The notes under the pieces: model-generated
What the model was told of the DNA's origin: nothing
Databases searched by the model: none
The model's input: the letters and a program-made list of their open reading frames with translations, nothing else
Source: Candidatus Saccharimonadales bacterium
GTDB lineage: Bacteria > Patescibacteriota > Saccharimonadia > Saccharimonadales > UBA4665
DNA: 64,000 nucleotides
Assembly: GCA_036568905.1 (NCBI GenBank)
Contig: DATCRQ010000001.1
Span: forward strand, 430,399 to 494,398
Direction: 5' to 3'
Made by a program: the position numbers and the translations under genes
Shown: piece after piece, positions 8,547 to 17,835 of the stretch
Layout of the letters: each line of letters begins with the position of its first letter
How positions within the stretch are numbered: the stretch's first letter is position 1

Positions 8547-10028
8547 CTAGTACGGCAACGTTTTGAGCGTCACGCTCGAGATCATATGTTGCCACATCGC
8601 AACTGGTGAGCTGATCGAGGAATATTGCACATAGCCGCCGAAGTAGACGAACGCTGCAATGGCAATTGTGGCCGCAGCCGGACGCAGCCATTGCAGCACG
8701 GCGTGCTTGTGTTCTGAGTTTTCATAGAGCTGATATGCGCAGACACCGGCGAACGCATAGACGAACATCAGCACCGGTAACAAATATCGCCCTTGCACGC
8801 CAACCGGCTGGTTAAAACGCAGGTAGTCGTGAAAGTTCCGCGCCCACAGGCTTGCAAGATATGCAGCCGAGACGCCGGCAAGCAGCTTAAACGCTGGCCA
8901 TCGTTTGAGCACCTCACGGCCGGCAGCGATGCAGCACGCTGCGCCAAGAACCGTGAACGTCGCAAGCACCGCATAAAATCCGGACGGAATAATCAGCCGC
9001 GTCGTGGCCGGGCCAACGCCCGCGTACAATTGGTACACTTGGGTCTTAAGCCACACGTACGTGTATGAAATTACGTCGAGCGCATGGGGTTTCGTATCCT
9101 TCAGCTGTGCCTGTTCTAACGTGTAATCACGCTCCCACGGCGCATAATTTGAACAATCCTTAACGCTCAAAATTTGATTGCACTGCGGTACCGGGTTATG
9201 AAAAACGACCAAATTGTAGCCGTAGAAAAATGTGAACAAACTCCCGGCCAGCACGAGCGCCGCCACGCACCACATGCGTGCACGCATCGAAACGGCAAAG
9301 AAACTCGTGCGCAACGCCGCAGGCCAACCGCCCGGCGTATCCTTCCACGTCGCGAGCATACGCCAAGCAACTGTTACGAACACGGCACAGCCAATCGGCA
9401 AAAACGTATACTTCACCAAACTGCCGAGCAAACAGCACACCATAACAGCCGTAAGCAACCCGAACGGCATACGTTTGGCGCGTAACGCGAGGTCAAACCT
9501 AAGCGCCACATACGCCGTAACGCACAGCGCCAGCAACATGCCATTATCGTAATTAATCTGCGCCGAAAGCGTTGTGTACAACGGCGTAAAGGCGAAGAGC
9601 ACGACGACCGCTTGCGCCAACGCACGCGGCACTCGCACAAGCAACAAAATCTTACGCAGCAAAAATAACGTGCCGAGCGCGCACAGCAAATTCAGTACGC
9701 GCAAAAAAATAACCTGCGCCGAAAGTGTCATCGTTATCTGCTCAAAAATACGAAACGGAAATCCAAGCACATAATAATAAAGAATCGACGGACTGTGCGC
9801 GACAGCGCCGGCGTTGTACAAACTGGCCGGCTCGTGCAACACGATCGGGTTGAGCCGATGGCTGAAAAACTGAATGAGTTCGAAATGATATGCTTCGTCA
9901 AAAATCATTGGGAAACGGCTGAAGACAATCAGCCACAACGCCTCAACCGCAAAGAGCACCATACTCCCGCCAAAAAACCACGATGATTGAAAAAATTGTT
10001 GCAATCGTCCGTTTGTCCTCAGCGCCAC
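8547..10028 (-). CDS. Polytopic membrane protein, DUF2142-like / GT-C-type glycosyltransferase candidate
   Basis: 493 aa with at least 10 predicted TM helices. Early loop motif MIFDEAYHFELIQF resembles the DE..H loop of DUF2142/GT-C enzymes (from memory). Confidence 0.6.
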   Translation of the reverse strand: MALRTNGRLQQFFQSSWFFGGSMVLFAVEALWLIVFSRFPMIFDEAYHFELIQFFSHRLNPIVLHEPASLYNAGAVAHSPSILYYYVLGFPFRIFEQITMTLSAQVIFLRVLNLLCALGTLFLLRKILLLVRVPRALAQAVVVLFAFTPLYTTLSAQINYDNGMLLALCVTAYVALRFDLALRAKRMPFGLLTAVMVCCLLGSLVKYTFLPIGCAVFVTVAWRMLATWKDTPGGWPAALRTSFFAVSMRARMWCVAALVLAGSLFTFFYGYNLVVFHNPVPQCNQILSVKDCSNYAPWERDYTLEQAQLKDTKPHALDVISYTYVWLKTQVYQLYAGVGPATTRLIIPSGFYAVLATFTVLGAACCIAAGREVLKRWPAFKLLAGVSAAYLASLWARNFHDYLRFNQPVGVQGRYLLPVLMFVYAFAGVCAYQLYENSEHKHAVLQWLRPAAATIAIAAFVYFGGYVQYSSISSPVAMWQHMISSVTLKTLPY

Positions 10029-10432
10029 TGATGTCCCCTTTAAAGCTTATGTATCGTAACGCGCTTCGGCATCGAGGACAACCGTGAAAGGATAACGGAG
10101 GCGAAAACATTAAGCTAATCTGCAGAAAAAGGTCTGGACAGCCATTGCAAGTTAGCGTAAGCTACTTCGGTGCATAACCATAAGAAGGATAAAGACAAAG
10201 AGCAACACTCGTCGTTCGACAAGCTGCCGTGCACCCGCCAGCTTCGGCAAGTGTCCGCTACTTTGACCAATGACCACACAATATAACTCCGTACCACGCG
10301 AGGGCTGACGGCTTTACGCGTATTTTTTATGTGTAGAACGTTCTAAGCCCGCAAACTAAGCCAATCTCACTGCGCCTTTTTGCGAGGTGTTTTGTTTTTG
10401 TTGAAAATTTCCTAATAGAAGGTGGGTTCTGT

Positions 10433-11692
10433 ATGTATCACGTAACGCTTTGGCATTTCACAATTTCCGTACCGCACATGGTGGCTTATACCGCGGCGCT
10501 CATGGCAGCACCGATGGCTGTCGCCTTGGTCGATTTCGTCGGAGCTATACAGCTTTGGTTCCATCGCTCGGAGAAACGCGGCGAGCCGTGTGACGATTTT
10601 GTTATCCTCGTACCAATCTTCAACCACATGCGTTACCTCAAAAACGTCGAGTACTTAGCAAGGTACAGTGACAAAGTCGTACTGTGCACCACGAAGCATG
10701 AGTCGGCGGAGTTTTATCGCGGCATCAATAAGGTCTGCAAAACGTACGGCTTTCAGCAGCATCGGAGCGACCTCGACTTACATCAGCAGCAAGGGAACAT
10801 CGTGCGGAATCCGTGGAAGATTTTTCACCATATTCTTGATCACGCCGAATACAAGCAAGTCGTAGCCGAGGAAGGCCGCGAGGCATTGCTCATCGAAAAC
10901 ACCGTGCGCATTAACGCGCCGTACGCTATCTTTTTGGACGGCGACACCGTGTGCGAAACCGGCCTCGCGCAAGTCATCGGCGACTTTAAGGCACGCGAAT
11001 ACGACCTTGCCTCGGTGCGCATTTTGCCGTCGAGTGCCAAAACGCTGGCCGAGCATATGCAGCAAATCGAATACCGTTTGGCCATGGACGCCCGCAAACT
11101 GTACCCGTGGCTTACCTCGGGCGCGTGCATGGTCGCCAAGACCGACGTACTGCAGCACGCGCTTCGTAACCACTCGCACTTTTTCCAGGGCGGCGACATC
11201 GAGATCGGCAAAATCAGCCGGATGCTCGGTTACAACGTTGGCCATTTGGAAACCGAATTTAGAACTGTCGTGCCCAGCACCACGCGTGCCTGGTTCCGGC
11301 AACGTGTGGCGTGGAGCAGCGGCGACTTTCGCCACGCCATCGTCAACTTTTCGAGTTATTCGTGGCGGCATCCGTTCTTCTTTTTGTACTTCACGGTCGT
11401 GGTGTACGGCATGTTGCCGTTGCGCATTTGGACAGCCGTGACGCATCCGTTGGTAATTCCGGTTGTTATCGCCGTGTACTGGATTTTACTCTTTACGTTT
11501 CGTTGGAAATATCGCGGCTGGCAACTTTTTGTGCTGCCATTTTACGGCTTACTAAATGCCCTCGTCATTACGCCGCTCGGAATCTTTGTATATTTCCAGA
11601 CGACGTGGCGGCATCGCAACGCCGGCATTATACGTCTGCGCGACGAGCCGCGACGCTGGGTTCTTGCGCGCATATTGTATGCTGGAGAGTAG
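10433..11692 (+). CDS. Membrane-embedded family 2 glycosyltransferase (processive synthase type)
   Basis: 419 aa. FVILVPIFNH (GT-A start), FLDGDTV (DxD), RQRVAWSSGDFRH (QxxRW-like). C-terminal TM bundle. Confidence 0.8.
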   Translation: MYHVTLWHFTISVPHMVAYTAALMAAPMAVALVDFVGAIQLWFHRSEKRGEPCDDFVILVPIFNHMRYLKNVEYLARYSDKVVLCTTKHESAEFYRGINKVCKTYGFQQHRSDLDLHQQQGNIVRNPWKIFHHILDHAEYKQVVAEEGREALLIENTVRINAPYAIFLDGDTVCETGLAQVIGDFKAREYDLASVRILPSSAKTLAEHMQQIEYRLAMDARKLYPWLTSGACMVAKTDVLQHALRNHSHFFQGGDIEIGKISRMLGYNVGHLETEFRTVVPSTTRAWFRQRVAWSSGDFRHAIVNFSSYSWRHPFFFLYFTVVVYGMLPLRIWTAVTHPLVIPVVIAVYWILLFTFRWKYRGWQLFVLPFYGLLNALVITPLGIFVYFQTTWRHRNAGIIRLRDEPRRWVLARILYAGE

Positions 11693-12610
11693 ATGAAACG
11701 ATTTTGGCTTGAAGGCTGCGCGCTTGTTTTGGCTCTTGCTTTTGTGCCGGCAACGTTTTGGTGGCAAAAGCAATCGGCGAAGCACTTCGTGCAGACCCAC
11801 GCTACGGTGACCACAAAGCCGTTGGACATTTTCGAGTGGCGTGGCGTTGGCGCACTGAACGTGAAGAACTACAACCAAACGCTTACAACGCTGGCAAACG
11901 AAAATTACCGGACGGTTTTCGTTTCCTTTGATACGCACGCCGAAGCGCAAAACCCGCAAGCCTACGAAACGCGCGTGGACAACTTCGGCGCGGTGCTGGC
12001 GGCGCATCACATGCAGGTTGGCCTCGTGGCGGGCGACCCGTCGTGGACGGGCAAGGCACAGCAGCCGGCGATTGCAAATGTCCTCACGTTCGTGCAAACA
12101 TACAACAAACAGTCCGGGCACCGTATTGCTTCAGTGGAGTTCGACATCGAGCCATACACCGCTGGCACGCCGGCAAAGCAAACGGCTGAAGGGTTGGCAG
12201 ATGCGGCAAAATACGTCAGTGCCGCGGAACATTTAGGCGCAAACGTGAAGATCGGTTTCACTGCGCCGTTCTGGCTTACGCAAAATACCGGCGGCGCAAA
12301 AGACTTTGCCCAAGCCGTTAGTGCGTTGCCCGGCGGCTTCGTGACGCTCATGGATTACCGCCTGCAGACATCCGGCGCAAACGGCAGTGTCGCGCTGGCG
12401 CAGCCGTTCTTCACTTTGGCCAATGCCGCGCACGTCGAGCTCCTCGTTGGCCTGGACACCACCAAAGCTGCAGCGGGCACGACTTTCTTCGGCACGAATA
12501 ACTTCACGCTACGCCTCGCGCAATACACCATTGACCAGGCAGAGAAAGGTCAAGCCAGTTATGCCGGCCAAAGCGTCAACGACGTTCAAAATTTTACGAG
12601 GTTGCACTGA
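11693..12610 (+). CDS. Signal-anchored extracytoplasmic protein coupled to the GT2 synthase; possible TIM-barrel glycan-processing partner
   Basis: 305 aa. Its ATG directly abuts the GT2 stop (TAG-ATG). N-terminal anchor CALVLALAFVPATFWW. VEFDIEPY and TLMDYR strand-end acidic residues hint at a glycosidase-like barrel, which is tentative. Confidence 0.55.
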   Translation: MKRFWLEGCALVLALAFVPATFWWQKQSAKHFVQTHATVTTKPLDIFEWRGVGALNVKNYNQTLTTLANENYRTVFVSFDTHAEAQNPQAYETRVDNFGAVLAAHHMQVGLVAGDPSWTGKAQQPAIANVLTFVQTYNKQSGHRIASVEFDIEPYTAGTPAKQTAEGLADAAKYVSAAEHLGANVKIGFTAPFWLTQNTGGAKDFAQAVSALPGGFVTLMDYRLQTSGANGSVALAQPFFTLANAAHVELLVGLDTTKAAAGTTFFGTNNFTLRLAQYTIDQAEKGQASYAGQSVNDVQNFTRLH

Positions 12611-12667
12611 ACAACGGAAAATCGCGCATATTAAGATGATCCAGTGGCTTGAACCTGCGTGCTGAGC

Positions 12668-13312
12668 TTACTCGATGATTTCGCCGAACAATCGCGTCCG
12701 CAGCAAATACAGCCGCAAGAAAACCGTCGCAGCATGCAACATAACCGCCCAAACAAATATCGATAAGAAAATTTCGTAAAGGTCGTGCGGCGTGAAGGTA
12801 TTGGCGAATAAACGGCCGTCGACGCTAAACAGACGTTTGAATGTCGGCTGCAGCACGACGAGAGCTGCCACGGCCGCCACGCCCAACCCGACTCGCCACA
12901 GCAAACTCAGCACGAACGAACGGCGCAGTGGATGGATGTAGCGGCCTTCAGCCACCATTACGACATCGTTCTCAGCCTCACGCCAGCGTCTAAAAAGTCC
13001 GGAGACCGTCGTGACGACCGTATAAAACGCGAGGCCGATACACCCCCAAATTACGATCGCCAGTGCGCGGCTGTACGCCGAATTGTTGAAGAGCGTTTCG
13101 AGCGGCTGCACAATATGGTTTGTGTAGTTCGCAGCAAAATCGCCATCGAAAATCGACGGCAGCACAGTGCCGTAGCTCAAGCTCAGCATCACAATGTGAC
13201 TGGCGACAATCAACGTGGCAAGCCCAAAACACCCGAGCAAACTGGCCGACGACGGCGCGGACGCACGAAGCAAAAGCCGCACGTCTGAGGGCTGGCGTCT
13301 GTTACGCTCCAT
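12668..13312 (-). CDS. Hypothetical 4-TM membrane protein
   Basis: 214 aa with four clear hydrophobic segments. No family recognised. Confidence 0.5.
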   Translation of the reverse strand: MERNRRQPSDVRLLLRASAPSSASLLGCFGLATLIVASHIVMLSLSYGTVLPSIFDGDFAANYTNHIVQPLETLFNNSAYSRALAIVIWGCIGLAFYTVVTTVSGLFRRWREAENDVVMVAEGRYIHPLRRSFVLSLLWRVGLGVAAVAALVVLQPTFKRLFSVDGRLFANTFTPHDLYEIFLSIFVWAVMLHAATVFLRLYLLRTRLFGEIIE

Positions 13313-13527
13313 ACCAAAACGCTCTGCATGACATTACTCGCAGTGTACCATAACCTTCTTCGTTTACCGTGACGGTGCGGACGCGAAGGTGAATCAACTC
13401 GTTGTGGAAAACGCTATACTTTTCTGAGATAAAATCAGCTTGCTTCGTAAGGCAGGTGCGGGTACACTAGCAAAGTTCTTATGTAAATGCGTTGTGAATA
13501 GCCAACGCCAGGGTAAGGGAACTAGAT

Positions 13528-15465
13528 ATGTCGAGACTACCACAAGTTGGCGGTGATGAGGGCGTTTGGGCGCAAATCCTGAACGACTTTTTAGAAGTGG
13601 CGCATACCGCTGACGGTTCATTGGCTTCGGGAACGGTTGGCAGCAGCCAGTTGCAAGCCGCAAGCGTCGGCGACTCGCAGGTAAGCGCCTTATCGCAGAG
13701 CAAGATTACGAACTTGCCGAGCGATCTGAGCGCAGGCGTCGGCAAAAATGCGGCGCTCATAACACGCGCAGCCGGCTTCATCAAAATGATGATGCGATCC
13801 AACGCAACCGTCACGACGGCTAGCACCATTACGGCCGACCACATCTACGACGACAGCTACACCGGCGCCGTTTCAGGGACGTTCAATCTCATCGGCCTAA
13901 GTCCGGCCAGCGAACAACTGTGCCCGATCGACGTCACGACGCCCGTCGGCGATATTCCCGATTCATATTTCAGCACCGTAACCGGCAGTATCACCAATTT
14001 TGGCAGTCTAACGAACGGCCCGTACACCGTCCAAGCTTACAAAACGACCGATGCCGATTACAGCCAGCCATCTTCGGCTACGGTCGATGGCTCCGGCAAT
14101 TTCTCCCTCGACCTTAGTACGACACCAAACTGGGTCAAGGGCACGTGGAAATTTGGCCTGCTGGATAGTTCGAGCAATGTCGTTGGGCAAAAGTGGCCGC
14201 AAAGCACAAGCTACCAAAATATCATCGTGCAACACAACGTCGTCACAGATACAAGTTATCCTGTCGCCAGCCAACCTGCCGCGACGACGGGCAGTTTTTC
14301 GTTTCTCAGCTCACAGGGCGGCATGAAGCAGTTCCAACTTGTCGACTCCTCAAGCGGGAAGGTCCTTGCCGAGCACGTGCCGCCCATACAAAATGTCCGG
14401 TCATATCTCGTGATGAACGGCGAGCCGGGCTACGGCACGAACTTCGTTAATTATTGTTACTCGTATGACCAGGCGATTGCGCTGCTTGCCATGCTGGCGC
14501 TTGGCGACCTCGACACGGCGCAGCAACTCGCGATCGGCTTGCTCAAACTACAGACTTCAGGCGGCCAAAGCGACGGTGCGTTTGTCTTTTCCGCACCGCA
14601 ACTTTCGGCGGCTTACGGCAACGGCTATTACCGCACGGGCGCGCACGCCTTCGCGACCTACGCGCTATTGTGCTACGTCGAGGCGCGCCCAACCGATGGC
14701 ACGCAAGACTACACTTCGGCCATCCAAAAAGCGTTGGCATACCTGGATAGGCAACTTTCAAACAGCGGCACGACGAGCGGGCTTTACCTCGGCGGTACGG
14801 GCCTGTACAACGATCCGTCCGGACAGCCCGAGACGTTCAACGAAGGCTACGACATTGCGTGGGCGTCAGCGGAGCACAATTTTGACGTGTGGCACGCTTA
14901 CAATAAAGCGGCAAGCGTCTTGAACGACACGGCCTCGGGCACGAAGGCAACGACGTTGCAGCAAAACATCCTCAGCAAACTCTGGGACTCAACGCACAAC
15001 CGTTTTTATCAAGGCATGCAGCCAAGCGGCCCGGACCCAAGCGATCCGCTCGACACGCACACGTGGGGTGGCATTTGGCTGCACAACGTTGGGCGTGACG
15101 ATCTGGCGAAGCAAGTACTCAGCACCACGGCGCTCGCACCGTTCAAACTTACCAACGGCGGCGCTACCGGCTACGCGGCCGCCTATGATAATGGCGGCTA
15201 TCCAGGCATCGTGCCGGCGGTGTGGAGCGAGGGAACGTTTGGCGCGGCAATGGCATTTCTTGCAATTGGCGACACCGTCAATTGGCAGGCGACCATTGAC
15301 GGCATCGCTGGCGGCCAGCGGCCGGACGGCTCGTTTCGCTACGTCACCGCAACGGATACGAATTACGAATTTACGTCGTCCGAGGCAACCATTGGTGCCG
15401 CATGGGCGGTCTTGGCCGCGCTTGGCCACGGCATTTGGAACGTTTCCGTACCGCGCAATTCCTGA
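13528..15465 (+). CDS. Tail-fibre-like N-terminal adaptor + beta-rich middle + (alpha/alpha)6-barrel (six-hairpin glycosidase/lyase-like) protein
   Basis: 645 aa with an AAGGGA RBS. The N-terminus MSRLPQVGGDEGVWAQILNDFLEVAHTADGSL matches 20 of 32 residues with the N-terminus of 39794..43018. The C-terminal roughly 340 aa is helix-rich with repeated aromatic/Gly hairpin signatures (YDQAIALLAMLALGD, GAHAFATYALLCYV, WASAEHNFDVWHAY, WSEGTFGAAMAFLAIGD). Confidence 0.7.
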   Translation: MSRLPQVGGDEGVWAQILNDFLEVAHTADGSLASGTVGSSQLQAASVGDSQVSALSQSKITNLPSDLSAGVGKNAALITRAAGFIKMMMRSNATVTTASTITADHIYDDSYTGAVSGTFNLIGLSPASEQLCPIDVTTPVGDIPDSYFSTVTGSITNFGSLTNGPYTVQAYKTTDADYSQPSSATVDGSGNFSLDLSTTPNWVKGTWKFGLLDSSSNVVGQKWPQSTSYQNIIVQHNVVTDTSYPVASQPAATTGSFSFLSSQGGMKQFQLVDSSSGKVLAEHVPPIQNVRSYLVMNGEPGYGTNFVNYCYSYDQAIALLAMLALGDLDTAQQLAIGLLKLQTSGGQSDGAFVFSAPQLSAAYGNGYYRTGAHAFATYALLCYVEARPTDGTQDYTSAIQKALAYLDRQLSNSGTTSGLYLGGTGLYNDPSGQPETFNEGYDIAWASAEHNFDVWHAYNKAASVLNDTASGTKATTLQQNILSKLWDSTHNRFYQGMQPSGPDPSDPLDTHTWGGIWLHNVGRDDLAKQVLSTTALAPFKLTNGGATGYAAAYDNGGYPGIVPAVWSEGTFGAAMAFLAIGDTVNWQATIDGIAGGQRPDGSFRYVTATDTNYEFTSSEATIGAAWAVLAALGHGIWNVSVPRNS

Positions 15466-17291
15466 GCATTGGGCGACGAAGGCTGAGGCAATCGTAAGGT
15501 TACGGCCGTGCCTGCACGCGGCGTCGAAGCAATCGTCAGCGCACCGCCGAAGTAGGTAAGTATAAGCCTGTCGAGGTACAAGCTAAAGCCCATGCCCTCA
15601 TGGTTAAACGTCTCAGCGCCCTCGCTTTTAGCGAACGGCTCAAGCAGCCACGCCAGTTTATCCGCAGGAATTCCTAAGCCGCGATCAGTAATACATAACG
15701 AGAAGCGTCCGTCGTCATTCGTAGCCGTTACCGTAACCTCACTGCCCGGCGCGGCGTAGGCAACCGCATTGTCCAGCACGTGATTGCACACAAGCGTCAG
15801 CAACGTTGCGCTTTGGCCGGCGAAAACAATGTCACGCTTCGGCGTCGCCAGCCGCACGCCCTTTGCCTCGGCTTCTTCGGCCAATGGCCGCCAAGCATTG
15901 GTGATAAGTTCGTTCGCACGTAGCGGTGTGAACGGCGCGTCACTCTTCGCGCCGCGCAGCTGCAAGGCAATAGCAAATTTGTCGAGCATATGGCCTAAAC
16001 GCATCACGCCGTCTTGCACAAAAACTTTGGATTGGCTGGGCGATGTCTGCCCGATGCCGGCAGCCAGGCGTTTGAAGTCCGCCCGCAGCATCGCGAACGT
16101 CTCTGCTACGAAATCTTCCTGCACGGCGAGTTGCTTTTCCGCCAGCTCAACGAGCCGATGTGTTTCGCGCGTATCCCGGCGGCGTAGTTGCACGAGCCGC
16201 GCTACAATATATGAGCTAACAGCCAACAAGACGAACGACGCGATCTGTACGAACAAGGCGGCGCGGCTAAACGACAAACCGCCGACATCCTGTGCCAAAT
16301 AATCAAACAAAGCCGTCAAAACCGAGGCAGCTCCCAACGGCAGCCACAACGCCATCGCGGCGAACGGCCGGACCGGCACGCTTGCTTGTGCGATTTGAGG
16401 AGCGCTGCGCGCCTCGCCGACCAGAGCCGTCACGCTTGTCTGCAGCCGCGCCGCCAGTGACGAAAGCCGCGCGCCGTCAACGCCCATTTCTTCAAGGCCG
16501 CCGCTCACCAACGTTAACGGTGTACGCAGATAATGTGAGACAAGCTCCGTAAACGTGCGCTTCATGTCGCCCATCAGCTGCAGTCGTTTAAGGCGGCGGC
16601 GCACGGCGCGCAGCTCAACAACTTCACGCGATGTTTGCAACAGAAGCAATGCGATGTTCGCCGCAAGGATTATAAATAGGATATAAGGAAAGGCATCTAC
16701 GGCTTGTCGCGGCAATGCCTGGAACAACCGCCGAATACCGCCGCTCAATCCGCCCGAAGCTACCGGGGCGATAGAGCCGACTGCCGCCGCGGCACTGCTC
16801 ACAACGCGCACCGTAAAGTTCTTCGTAACCGTTTGGCCGTCCTGACCGCTCACTACGACCGTAATGTGCGTGCCCGGCAGCTGCTGCGGCAGCCATCGCC
16901 ACTGTGCGGTGCCAGTTTCGTCAGGCGTTGCCGTCGCCGGCGTACTGTTGTTGATTGAAAAACTCGCCGTTTTGAACGACGTGCCCCGGCCGTTCAACGG
17001 CGTCACAATAATAAGGTATCCGCTTTTAGGGATGAGCTGGCCGTCATGAAGATTGATGGAGACTTCGAGGCCTGACGACGGCAGTGTTACAACCGTTTCC
17101 GCATCACCACCTGAATCGCCGGAGGTTGCGCTACTCGATGAAGACCCGCCGTCGCCACTCGCACATGCGCTGCCGTACGCGCACGTGCCGTACGTTGTCG
17201 GGCCACCGTAATCGGCGAAGGTAACTTGTGGAGCGGCCACCCAAAATACGCACAACAAAGCAATGCCCAACCATCGGTGGATTTTTCTCAT
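15363..17291 (-). CDS. Sensor histidine kinase with a large extracytoplasmic domain (no cognate regulator nearby)
   Basis: Signal/anchor MRKIHRWLGIALLCVFWVAAP, an Ig-like extracellular region, 3 TM helices, H-box ELVSHYLRTPLTL, N-box NHVLDNAVAYA, G1 DRGLGI, G2 GMGFSLYL. The track ORF starts at 17333; ATG 17291 fits a signal peptide better. Confidence 0.85.
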   Translation of the reverse strand: MRKIHRWLGIALLCVFWVAAPQVTFADYGGPTTYGTCAYGSACASGDGGSSSSSATSGDSGGDAETVVTLPSSGLEVSINLHDGQLIPKSGYLIIVTPLNGRGTSFKTASFSINNSTPATATPDETGTAQWRWLPQQLPGTHITVVVSGQDGQTVTKNFTVRVVSSAAAAVGSIAPVASGGLSGGIRRLFQALPRQAVDAFPYILFIILAANIALLLLQTSREVVELRAVRRRLKRLQLMGDMKRTFTELVSHYLRTPLTLVSGGLEEMGVDGARLSSLAARLQTSVTALVGEARSAPQIAQASVPVRPFAAMALWLPLGAASVLTALFDYLAQDVGGLSFSRAALFVQIASFVLLAVSSYIVARLVQLRRRDTRETHRLVELAEKQLAVQEDFVAETFAMLRADFKRLAAGIGQTSPSQSKVFVQDGVMRLGHMLDKFAIALQLRGAKSDAPFTPLRANELITNAWRPLAEEAEAKGVRLATPKRDIVFAGQSATLLTLVCNHVLDNAVAYAAPGSEVTVTATNDDGRFSLCITDRGLGIPADKLAWLLEPFAKSEGAETFNHEGMGFSLYLDRLILTYFGGALTIASTPRAGTAVTLRLPQPSSPNAQELRGTETFQMPWPSAAKTAHAAPMVASDDVNS

Positions 17292-17316
17292 GCCGCTTAT
17301 GATAACAAACATTGCC

Positions 17317-17733
17317 TCACAAAAGTAGCGCAATATTTATTGGGGGGCGCGAAAATCGTGGGCTTACGAAGCCAACTCTGGCGGCACATCGGCCGCGAGG
17401 CGCGTGGGGTCGCCGAATGCGGATTCTATAGCAGTGAGTGTGTCGGCAACATTCTCGAGATCGGTTACCGTGGCAGCTGGCGGGCAGTGTGTAGCTTACC
17501 GCGGTAGTGTGCCTCGTAGGCGCGCTGTCGCCAGGCATAAGCACCCACGGTGTTCTCTCTTGCTTCTGGCCGCTGTCGTCAACTGCGTGACGAACCAGCA
17601 TATCACTTGCACGTTCTAAAAGTCTCGCATGCTGCGGAAGCACACCGGTCCGTATCTCTGCTTCAGCCGCCTTAGCTAGCGCTCGCTGGCGCAGTCCAAG
17701 CTCTAGATCGGGTGACGGTTGAATGATCGCCAT
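17317..17733 (-). pseudogene. Decayed paralogue of 17836..18435 (frameshift plus internal deletion)
   Basis: The first 55 aa or so align with the neighbour (IRTGVLPQHARLLERA...TPWV versus IRETLIPQHRALSERA...TPWV). The reading frame then turns Arg/Cys/His-rich. A neighbour-like C-terminal tail (AATVTDLENVADTLTAIESAF versus AATEFVFKDAATTLDSLEAKL) is open in a different minus-strand frame at 17364..17495. Confidence 0.45.
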
Positions 17734-17835
17734 TTTGCTACACTCCCTTACGATTGTTCGTCCACTATGTCACAACCTTGCAGAACATACAACTAAAGTG
17801 AGGTCATTTATGTTCGGCAACTTACGCGCAGAAAG

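Noticed and set aside
10029-10432. 404-bp divergent intergenic region, examined for a riboswitch or structured RNA (c-di-GMP-I, RNase P, SRP, tmRNA and 6S motifs)
   Set aside because: I could not find the diagnostic conserved blocks of any of these RNAs, only short local hairpins (for example AAGCTG...CAGCTT). The length is compatible with two divergent promoters. A covariance-model scan would settle it.
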